A DNA stretch of 31,856 nucleotides from Crocosphaera subtropica ATCC 51142 (GTDB lineage Bacteria; Cyanobacteriota; Cyanobacteriia; Cyanobacteriales; Microcystaceae): NCBI RefSeq assembly GCF_000017845.1, contig NC_010541.1, forward strand, positions 1-31,856. Direction: 5' to 3'. A program made the translations under genes and the position numbers. Shown here piece by piece: positions 15,601-22,274 of this stretch. The notes below the pieces were generated by a model, which saw only the letters and a program-made list of their open reading frames with translations, was not told the origin of the DNA and ran no database searches. The first letter of the stretch is position 1. Every line of letters begins with the position of its first letter.

Positions 15601-16482
15601 TTAAGAATTAACTATTTCTTGAATCGCTTGTATCATCAGAACTTGATTCTCTTTTTCACGAGTTAGAACATCAATGATTAAATCAGTTTTTCGACGCTTT
15701 CTAGACTGTGAATAATCCCGACTTGTAAAAACTGTCTTCCCTTTTAATGAATTAAACTGTTTCATTATTTGTTGAAGCTGTGTGACTGTTAATTTTCGCA
15801 CCTTGGAGATCGTTTTCTTGACCTCCTCATCGTGAGATAAGCTAGAATCCTTCTCAGTTTCTTCATGGGGTAGATTATTAGCTTCTACCACTTCACTCAA
15901 TGGAGTGTCCTCATCCTCCATTTTGGATGTATCCTCAAGAGAATCATCTCTGTTGACCGTATTATCTATTACTGGTTCAATGGATTGATTATCAGTCTTA
16001 AGCTCTTTTAGCTCCTGAATTGCTTTTGTTAACCCATCTAAATAATGATCTAATGAATCTATATGGGTTTTCATCGATTGGATCGTGGGATGTTTGGAAA
16101 TCGCCTCTTCTAATGATTCTGGGGATTGATTAACAGATTGTTGAACAAATTGTTTGACAGATTTTAATAACTCCTGTTTGACGTTCTGTATATCGTTTTG
16201 ATAAACAGTCTTCTCTAATTCTTGTGTAACAGTCTGTTGTACAAGTTGTTTAACGTCAACTTGATTAACACTTTGTTGAACAGATTGTGATACACTATCA
16301 AATCCTAAGCCTTTGGTGATGAGATCAATGATGGTGGCTGTTTTATCGTACTTCCCGTCACCCTTGGCAAAGTGAGTCATCCCATAGGCTTCTATTTGGT
16401 GATAGAGGTTATGGGGGATTCTAGCAGCTATGGCTATGCTCTTAGAAGTTATCCAGGTTTGATTGGGGTTCGTCTCACTCAT
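15601..16482 (-). CDS. Hypothetical Gln/Val-rich repeat protein with RHH-like N-terminus
   Basis: 293 aa. N-terminal SIAIAARIPHNLYHQIEAYG resembles an RHH strand-helix. The central degenerate repeats are VSQSVQQSVNQ / VKQLVQQTVTQ / VKQFVQQSVNQ. An acidic middle is followed by a basic C-terminal region. No family recognised. Confidence 0.6.
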   Translation of the reverse strand: MSETNPNQTWITSKSIAIAARIPHNLYHQIEAYGMTHFAKGDGKYDKTATIIDLITKGLGFDSVSQSVQQSVNQVDVKQLVQQTVTQELEKTVYQNDIQNVKQELLKSVKQFVQQSVNQSPESLEEAISKHPTIQSMKTHIDSLDHYLDGLTKAIQELKELKTDNQSIEPVIDNTVNRDDSLEDTSKMEDEDTPLSEVVEANNLPHEETEKDSSLSHDEEVKKTISKVRKLTVTQLQQIMKQFNSLKGKTVFTSRDYSQSRKRRKTDLIIDVLTREKENQVLMIQAIQEIVNS

Positions 16483-16490
16483 CGTTATTC

Positions 16491-16590
16491 AATTGTTCAA
16501 CAATGTGTTATACAAACTAGAGTAACCTATAAAGGAAACCAGGGGATAGACTGATTTACAAATTGTTAAACGTTTTGTTTAACAATTTGG
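16491..16590 (+). repeat. Repeat module A (TTGTTCAACAA / TGTTATACA / ACTGATTTACA motifs)
   Basis: ATTGTTCAACAATGTGTTATACA...ACTGATTTACAAATTGTTAAACGTTTTGTTTAACAATTTGG. It aligns without gaps to 19010-19100, with identical flanking blocks and 20 of 35 matches in the middle (hand alignment). Confidence 0.7.
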
Positions 16591-16633
16591 GAGAGAGTTC
16601 GTATTTGTTGCGCCTCAAGGAGAGTATTTTTAC

Positions 16634-17179
16634 TTAATCATCTAACAAAATCTTCGGGAGTCTAGAGATCGCTCGTTTAAACGGTTGAGTATTGTTAGTG
16701 ACTCTAACTAATACTAATGCCCCTTGTACCATCATTAGTGCATCTTCGGCTCTTTGTTTGGCAGTATCGGCAGTAACTCCTGTTTCTTGCACAACCTTTG
16801 TCAGAAGATCAAGCCAATGTTTAAGAGACGTTTCTAGCTGTTGATGAAATAAATTATTAGCTTCTCCAATAGACATAACCGAAAGAAGACAGGGGACTTC
16901 ACCACTATGATAAAACTCCTCTAAACCTTGACTCATCTCTTGAATACGCTCTCTTGGCGGTTGTGATGATTGCAAAGGGGTAAACACATTTTTATCAAAC
17001 CAATCAGCAACATACTCTAAAACAGCAGAAGCCATTTGTTCTTTCCCACCTTGAAAATAATGGTAAAGGCTTGCTTTTTTCAAGCCAGTGGTATCCGATA
17101 ATCGGGCAAGCGTAGCCCCTTCATAGCCGTAATGTTGGAAGACGGAGACGAGTTGGGGGAGGACTTGTTCTTTGGACAT
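16634..17179 (-). CDS. TetR/AcrR-family transcriptional regulator
   Basis: 181 aa. N-terminal HTH GYEGATLARLSDTTGLKKASLYHYFQGGKEQM is the classic TetR signature. Divergent from the PNPOx-like/hydrolase genes. Confidence 0.9.
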   Translation of the reverse strand: MSKEQVLPQLVSVFQHYGYEGATLARLSDTTGLKKASLYHYFQGGKEQMASAVLEYVADWFDKNVFTPLQSSQPPRERIQEMSQGLEEFYHSGEVPCLLSVMSIGEANNLFHQQLETSLKHWLDLLTKVVQETGVTADTAKQRAEDALMMVQGALVLVRVTNNTQPFKRAISRLPKILLDD

Positions 17180-17213
17180 AGCCGAAATGTGGGTGATAAA
17201 GTGATCCCTATTT

Positions 17214-17229
17214 TACCGAATGTTCGTTA
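17214..17229. promoter_or_regulatory. Imperfect copy of the TetR operator palindrome
   Basis: TACCGAATGTTCGTTA has two mismatches to the perfect palindrome at 17343-17358. It lies 35 nt upstream of the tetR start (17179, minus strand). Confidence 0.55.
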
Positions 17230-17342
17230 AAAACGCAAATAAGAGGTACTGCCTTTTAAAAGTTGGAGATCCTTAAAAGACCTGATTTGGCGGAATCATA
17301 GGGGAGCGACACACTAAGAGCAACAAATTAGCCTTGACTTTT

Positions 17343-17358
17343 TACCGAACGTTCGGTA
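17343..17358. promoter_or_regulatory. Perfect 16-bp palindrome TACCGAACGTTCGGTA (candidate TetR operator)
   Basis: Perfect palindrome 56 nt upstream of ATG 17414. An extra half-site ACGTTCGGTA lies at 17383-17392. Confidence 0.65.
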
Positions 17359-17413
17359 ACTTAGAAATAAGCAACAAAACAAACGTTCGGTAAAAGCTGC
17401 CAACACAAAGATC

Positions 17414-18028
17414 ATGGCCAAACAATTTACTAACATTGCTTTCACAGAAGGAGTCAAACAGGCTCAAACTGACTATGGTTCCCGTGAGATTTACCAAAAA
17501 TTCGAGCAACGGGGTATCAGCGAAGATGTGCTGAGTGCGAGAGAAATTGAATTCATTGGTGCCAGAGATAGCTTCTACATGGGAACTGTCAATAGCAATA
17601 ACTATCCTTATATTCAATTTCGCGGTGGTCCGGTTGGATTTTTAAAAGTTCTCCATGAGAAAACCTTGGGTTTTGTCGATTTTGTCGGGAATTTGCAATA
17701 TCTTAGCGTCGGCAATCTGCGAGAAAACGATCGCGTGTTTTTATTTCTGATGGACTATGCTCACCGTCGGCGATTAAAAATTTGGGGACGCGCTCAAGTC
17801 ATTGACGATAACCCAGAATTGCTAGAAGCCTTATCAGATCCTAATTATCAAGCCCAGAAAGCCAGAGTATTTCTGATTAAAGTCGAGGCATTTGACTGGA
17901 ATTGCCCCCAACATATTCCTATTCGTTATTCAGAAGCAGAAGTTGCCCAAATGACAGAGCCTTTTCTAGCTCGCATTCAGGAGCTAGAAAAACAGGTTGC
18001 TCAACTTCAAACCTCACATCAAAGCTAA
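17414..18028 (+). CDS. Pyridoxamine 5'-phosphate oxidase-family (FMN-binding split-barrel) protein
   Basis: 204 aa. SFYMGTVNSNNYPYIQFRGGPVGFLKVL...LGFVDFVGNLQYLSVGNLRENDRVFLFLMDYAHRRRLKIWGRA...FDWNCPQHI matches my recollection of the ~200-aa PNPOx-like family. Confidence 0.75.
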   Translation: MAKQFTNIAFTEGVKQAQTDYGSREIYQKFEQRGISEDVLSAREIEFIGARDSFYMGTVNSNNYPYIQFRGGPVGFLKVLHEKTLGFVDFVGNLQYLSVGNLRENDRVFLFLMDYAHRRRLKIWGRAQVIDDNPELLEALSDPNYQAQKARVFLIKVEAFDWNCPQHIPIRYSEAEVAQMTEPFLARIQELEKQVAQLQTSHQS

Positions 18029-18100
18029 TAACTTGAGCTTATATCGTTTAAATCTTCCCAATACAATCAATTCCTTTCACTAATACCGGAGATATTTACC

Positions 18101-18979
18101 ATGACTAACTTCAATACAACCATGCACAAAACCATTGACATTGATGGACTCAATATTTTCTATCGAGAAGCAGGCAACCCAAATGCCCCTACCCTCCTCT
18201 TATTGCATGGATTTCCTACATCCTCTCATATGTTCCGTAACCTTATTCCCATTTTAGCCGACGAATTCCATCTGATTGCTCCCGATTATCCTGGGTTTGG
18301 GGCTAGTTCCATGCCTAGAGTTGATGAATTTGAATATAGCTTTGATAAATTGGCAGAGATTCTTGAAAAATTCACCATCAGATTGAATTTACAACAATAC
18401 TTTCTCTATTTGATGGATTATGGCGCACCGGTTGGCTATCGTCTCGCCACTAAATATCCTGAAAAAGTATTAGGGTTAATTGTACAAAATGGTAATGCCT
18501 ACGAAGAAGGGTTGCGAGATTTTTGGCAACCGCTTAAAGCTTACTGGAAAGATAAAACGAACGAAAATGCTCAAGTTTTGGCTGATAATATTCTCACCCT
18601 TGAAGCGACAAAGTGGCAATATACCAATGGGGTTCGCAATGTAGAGGCTATTGCTCCTGATAATTGGTTCCATGACCAATATTTACTAGATCGCCCTGGC
18701 AATCAAGAAATTCAATTAGAATTGTTCTACAGCTATGGTACTAATCCTCCTCTGTATCCACAATGGCAAGAGTATTTTCGCTCTATTCAACCTCCTACTC
18801 TGATTGTTTGGGGCAAAGGGGACTACATTTTCCCAGAAGAAGGGGCCCATCCTTACAAACGGGATCTTAACAATCTCGAATTTCATATTCTAGGTACCGG
18901 ACACTTTGCACTCGAAGAGGATTTAGAGATGATTGCTGATTACATTCGTAACTTCGTTCGCTCCAATAGCTCTAATTAA
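18101..18979 (+). CDS. Alpha/beta-fold hydrolase (epoxide hydrolase / haloalkane dehalogenase-like subgroup)
   Basis: 292 aa. [29 protein letters not shown], a nucleophile-elbow-like [10 protein letters not shown] (Asp nucleophile type), and a C-terminal GTGHFALEE His motif. Confidence 0.88.
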   Translation: MTNFNTTMHKTIDIDGLNIFYREAGNPNAPTLLLLHGFPTSSHMFRNLIPILADEFHLIAPDYPGFGASSMPRVDEFEYSFDKLAEILEKFTIRLNLQQYFLYLMDYGAPVGYRLATKYPEKVLGLIVQNGNAYEEGLRDFWQPLKAYWKDKTNENAQVLADNILTLEATKWQYTNGVRNVEAIAPDNWFHDQYLLDRPGNQEIQLELFYSYGTNPPLYPQWQEYFRSIQPPTLIVWGKGDYIFPEEGAHPYKRDLNNLEFHILGTGHFALEEDLEMIADYIRNFVRSNSSN

Positions 18980-19009
18980 TTGGGTTTCGTCCTCCTCAGC
19001 CTCCCATCA

Positions 19010-19171
19010 CTTGTTCAACAATCTGTCATACAGAATTGGGGAACCGATAAGTTGAACAAGTGGAGCAACTGATTTACATATCGTTGAACAATTTGTTAAA
19101 CATAATAGAGCTAACCATAAGTTGAGCAAGGGAAGAAAATATTTAACATAATGTATGACATCTGTTATACA
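19010..19171 (+). repeat. Repeat module B (second copy of module A plus extra TGTNATACA sites)
   Basis: CTTGTTCAACAATCTGTCATACA...ACTGATTTACATATCGTTGAACAATTTGTTAAACA. TGTCATACA (19024-19032) is inverted at TGTATGACA (19152-19160), and TGTTATACA occurs at 19163-19171. Confidence 0.7.
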
Positions 19172-19209
19172 TTATGAGCTATCCTTAAAGTACCGAACTC
19201 TTAAAACTG

Positions 19210-19785
19210 ATGCCGAATGTGTATGTAATTGGTGGGGCTAATGGGTCAGGGAAAACCACCGTTGCTCGGATATTATTACCCAACTTCCTTGACGTTTTTG
19301 AATACGTCAATGCCGATGAAATTGCTGCCGGACTGTCTCCTTTTAATCCTGAATCGGTAGCTATGCAAGCAGGACGGTTAATGTTAGACCGTTTAGATAC
19401 TCTAGTTCAAGAGAGAGCGGATTTTGCCTTTGAAACCACCTTGGCTGCTCGGAACTTTGCCCGTTTTTTGAGAAAATGTAAAGCTCACGGATACACCATC
19501 AACTTGATTTATTTTTGGTTACAAACCCCTGAATTAGCCATAGAGAGGGTAATAAGACGAGTAGAAAGTGGCGGTCATAATATTCCCCTTGAAGTGATTC
19601 GTCGTCGCTATGAAAGAGGACAAAGAAACCTAACTCAGTTATATTTACCTCTGTGTGATAGATGGATTGTCTATGATAATTCTAGGAATAATCCCCAATT
19701 AATAGCTGAATGTCCACTTAACAAACCAGCAATTATTTATCAACCCTTTATCTGGCAACAAATAACCAAGGAAAGTAATGGCTAA
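19210..19785 (+). CDS. Zeta-toxin-like P-loop kinase / AAA-type ATPase
   Basis: 191 aa. Walker A VIGGANGSGKTT at the N-terminus, ETTLA, and RVESGGHNIP. The size and motifs are typical of zeta/PezT-like small kinases. Confidence 0.75.
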   Translation: MPNVYVIGGANGSGKTTVARILLPNFLDVFEYVNADEIAAGLSPFNPESVAMQAGRLMLDRLDTLVQERADFAFETTLAARNFARFLRKCKAHGYTINLIYFWLQTPELAIERVIRRVESGGHNIPLEVIRRRYERGQRNLTQLYLPLCDRWIVYDNSRNNPQLIAECPLNKPAIIYQPFIWQQITKESNG

Positions 19786-19978
19786 AAAAAACCCTGATAA
19801 ATTATCTGACCAAATTGATGCAGGAGTCAAAACAGCGATTTCAAAAGCGATTGAGAGACACCGAAGATTAGGGGAGTCAATTAGTATTCTTAAAGATGGC
19901 AAAGTTGTGACTTTAAATGCTGACCAAATACCACCTTTAGATGAGCCAAAAAATAACGACCTATTAGACAATACCTAA
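19778..19978 (+). CDS. Small hypothetical protein translationally coupled to the zeta-like kinase (possible antitoxin)
   Basis: 66 aa. Its ATG lies inside the last codons of the kinase gene (8-nt overlap), preceded by AAGGAAAG. No motif recognised. Confidence 0.5.
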   Translation: MAKKNPDKLSDQIDAGVKTAISKAIERHRRLGESISILKDGKVVTLNADQIPPLDEPKNNDLLDNT

Positions 19979-19995
19979 CTAAGCGATTAGCCTTT

Positions 19996-20422
19996 TTAGC
20001 TCAAAAATATCCGTTCAAAGGGTTGTTTTCGATAACGACGGTAAATGTCAAAATCACTGTCTAAAGTAATAATTGCTGAAATATTGAGTCTTTCAGAAAT
20101 GGCAATTAAGGATAGATCAGCAAAATCTCCAGGTAAGTCAGCATACTGTTCATTGAGTTGTTTAATTCGGGCAAAGTCTTCTGATATGAGAGGAATACAT
20201 TGATAAAGTTTTAGGGCTAAATCGTGTTTGAAATTCATTCTGTGTCCGATAATCTGAACTGAGAAGATACATGACTTCCGTAACACAAGCCGTAGTAGTA
20301 ATTAGTTCACTGGTACATTGTTCAAAAAAGCGACAAACCTTCTCATGATAGTTATCTTTGGCACTGTAATAAGCGATTAAAATACTACTATCCGTGAGAA
20401 TAATCGGGGGATAATTCTTCAT
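19996..20422 (-). pseudogene. vapC: PIN-domain (VapC-like) toxin disrupted by a frameshift
   Basis: ORF 20162-20422 carries the PIN N-terminal half (IILTDSSILIAYY, TTTACVTEV). ORF 19996-20286 carries the C-terminal half (DFADLSLIAISERLNISAIITLDSDF) in another frame. The 427-nt span is not a multiple of 3. The frame switch is near 20221-20245 (TGTTTGAAATTC). Confidence 0.75.
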
Positions 20423-20685
20423 TAATTGGATTTTTGATGACGGTTTTTAATATGACTGGCTACGATGTTTTTACGATTTTCTCGTAATGATAAGTCAGCT
20501 TGAGCGTCTTGAAGTAAATGCTTGGGGTGTCCTCCTCGTCTTTCTACTAGGGTTTGACGGGGTTGTAAGGTTTGCCAATGTTGGTAAATTAGCTGTTTTA
20601 ATAATTCTTCTGAGGTAATGTTCTCTTTGGAGATGATTTCTGCTAGGTAGCTTTCAGTTTCTTTATCTAGATTGATAGATAACAT
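20422..20685 (-). CDS. RHH (CopG/VapB-like) antitoxin
   Basis: 87 aa. N-terminal LSINLDKETESYLAEIISKE fits an RHH strand-helix. Its stop overlaps the PIN start codon (TAATG). Confidence 0.7.
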   Translation of the reverse strand: MLSINLDKETESYLAEIISKENITSEELLKQLIYQHWQTLQPRQTLVERRGGHPKHLLQDAQADLSLRENRKNIVASHIKNRHQKSN

Positions 20686-20744
20686 GGGTGTTGGTTTTAT
20701 AATGGTTTTCTCTATTTTATTCGGGAATAGCCGTTCTCACTTAA

Positions 20745-20770
20745 CGTCGGATAAGAGTAATTATCCGACG
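20745..20770. promoter_or_regulatory. dif/cer-like core site or TA operator: 10-bp inverted arms with 6-bp spacer
   Basis: CGTCGGATAA (20745-20754), GAGTAA, TTATCCGACG (20761-20770). A third arm copy TTATCCGACGC lies at 20830-20840, abutting ATG 20843 of the recombinase. Confidence 0.5.
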
Positions 20771-20842
20771 CATTATGGTATCCTGATGAGGTCAGTATCG
20801 GGCATCTAGAGCCTGATCTACAATAAGATTTATCCGACGCTT

Positions 20843-21931
20843 ATGCTGACTCATTCCACCCCCTCGGATCTTACCCCCACAGACTTACTCGACAACTTTG
20901 CTGCTTTCGTTCGCCTGGACACTGCTGATGGCAATGCTGCCGATGATACGGTGAAAACCTACGCTTGTACGGTCAAACAATTTTTTAGTTGGTGCCATGT
21001 TCAAAGACTTCATCCCCTCGATGCTACAAGGGATGACATTAAACTATACCGTCGTTGGTTGGTGGAAATTCAGGATTATAAATGTGCCACCATTGCTTTA
21101 AAATTGACGGTGGTGCGTCGCTTCTATGCCGGGGCGGTGGAACGGGGTCTAATTCTGGCTAATCCTGCTTTGGGCATTAAACCCCCTAGAGAAAACATTG
21201 ACCCGGCTGAACGCATTAATTACCTTGAAGAAGCTGAAGTGACAGGGTTATTGGCGAGTTTGCCTACTGAGAATACCATTGGGGGGTTACGGGATAGGTT
21301 TTTAGTGGCGGTGATGGTTTTAGAAGGATGCCGAACCGTAGAAATGCACCGTGCTTCGATTGGGGATATTGTTAAACGAGGGTCTGATATTGGGATTAGG
21401 GTATCGGGGAAACGGTCACGACGCATTGTGCCGTTGACCCCTGATTTGGCGAAGCTGCTTAATAAGTATCTTCAGGCTAGGAAGCGGTCAGGGGAGGCGT
21501 TAAATGGGGATACTCCTTTGTTTATTGCCTTAGATAAAAGAACGTATGGGGGGCGGTTAAGTCGTCGTTCCATTCAACGAGTCATTGATAAGTATTTACG
21601 AGCAGCAGGGTTAAAGGAACAGCCAACGAAACACAAAAGCAAAAAACGGGCATCAAACAAGTCTCATCAACCGTCTAACGGGGAAAAACAAAACTCTTCA
21701 CAATCCGCTTCGGCTAAGTCCCATAAGTTTCAACAACCACAGCGACAGTTGAGCGCACATTCTCTGAGACATACGGCAGGGACATTGGCTATCAGGGCCG
21801 GGTCGGATTTAAGGCAGGTGCAGGATTTGTTAGGCCATGCTGATCCCAGGACAACGGCTTTGTATGCTCATGTGGCTGATCGGTGGCGTAATAATCCGGC
21901 TTTAAAGTTGGGGGTAAAGGTTCCGCTTTGA
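20843..21931 (+). CDS. Tyrosine site-specific recombinase (XerC/XerD / phage-integrase family)
   Basis: 362 aa. SAM-like N-domain (TVKTYACTVKQFFSW). Catalytic residues in context: LEGCRTVE (Arg), HSLRHTAGT (His-x-x-Arg), LLGHADPRTTALYAH (His...Tyr). A basic low-complexity insert precedes the HxxR box. Confidence 0.92.
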   Translation: MLTHSTPSDLTPTDLLDNFAAFVRLDTADGNAADDTVKTYACTVKQFFSWCHVQRLHPLDATRDDIKLYRRWLVEIQDYKCATIALKLTVVRRFYAGAVERGLILANPALGIKPPRENIDPAERINYLEEAEVTGLLASLPTENTIGGLRDRFLVAVMVLEGCRTVEMHRASIGDIVKRGSDIGIRVSGKRSRRIVPLTPDLAKLLNKYLQARKRSGEALNGDTPLFIALDKRTYGGRLSRRSIQRVIDKYLRAAGLKEQPTKHKSKKRASNKSHQPSNGEKQNSSQSASAKSHKFQQPQRQLSAHSLRHTAGTLAIRAGSDLRQVQDLLGHADPRTTALYAHVADRWRNNPALKLGVKVPL

Positions 21932-21942
21932 CAATGAACTAT

Positions 21943-21967
21943 GTCTAGCCAGTTCGCTGAGCTAGAC
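21943..21967 (+). terminator. Weak terminator-like hairpin after the recombinase gene
   Basis: GTCTAGC (21943-21949) / GCTAGAC (21961-21967) with an 11-nt loop, followed by GTTTCTG. Short stem and poor T-run. Confidence 0.3.
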
Positions 21968-22149
21968 GTTTCTGAGGCTTTATTTATCCTATTTAGTTGC
22001 AATCTTTAATAATCATCGCAACTCAATTGAAAACTGCTATCTTGAAGTTTTAAAATTTTGTTAAGTACGTAAACAAGTTATACATGAAAACTAACATCGA
22101 CTCTGTAAAATCTAATGTAAAGTTTTCTAATTGAAAACTTTTTTAAGTA

Positions 22150-22189
22150 ATAAAGGTAACAATTAATTATTATTTGTTGTTACCTTTAT
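22150..22189. promoter_or_regulatory. 13-bp perfect inverted repeat upstream of the giant gene
   Basis: ATAAAGGTAACAA (22150-22162) / TTGTTACCTTTAT (22177-22189) with a 14-nt AT loop, about 85 nt upstream of ATG 22275. Confidence 0.4.
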
Positions 22190-22274
22190 CCAAATTTAAC
22201 TTATGTTAAACAGCTTGACGTGAGGCTGCATTTATTCAATCAATTTCAGTAATATAGTGTGACAGGAGTTAACA

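Noticed and set aside
16372-16554. Plus-strand 60-aa ORF crossing the start of the 293-aa gene
   Set aside because: It overlaps the N-terminal coding region of the minus-strand gene. Its VQQCVIQ ending is a by-product of the repeat module A sequence.
17342-17617. Minus-strand 91-aa ORF across the TetR operator region
   Set aside because: It overlaps the well-supported PNPOx-like gene on the opposite strand and runs through the palindromic operator. No motif is present.
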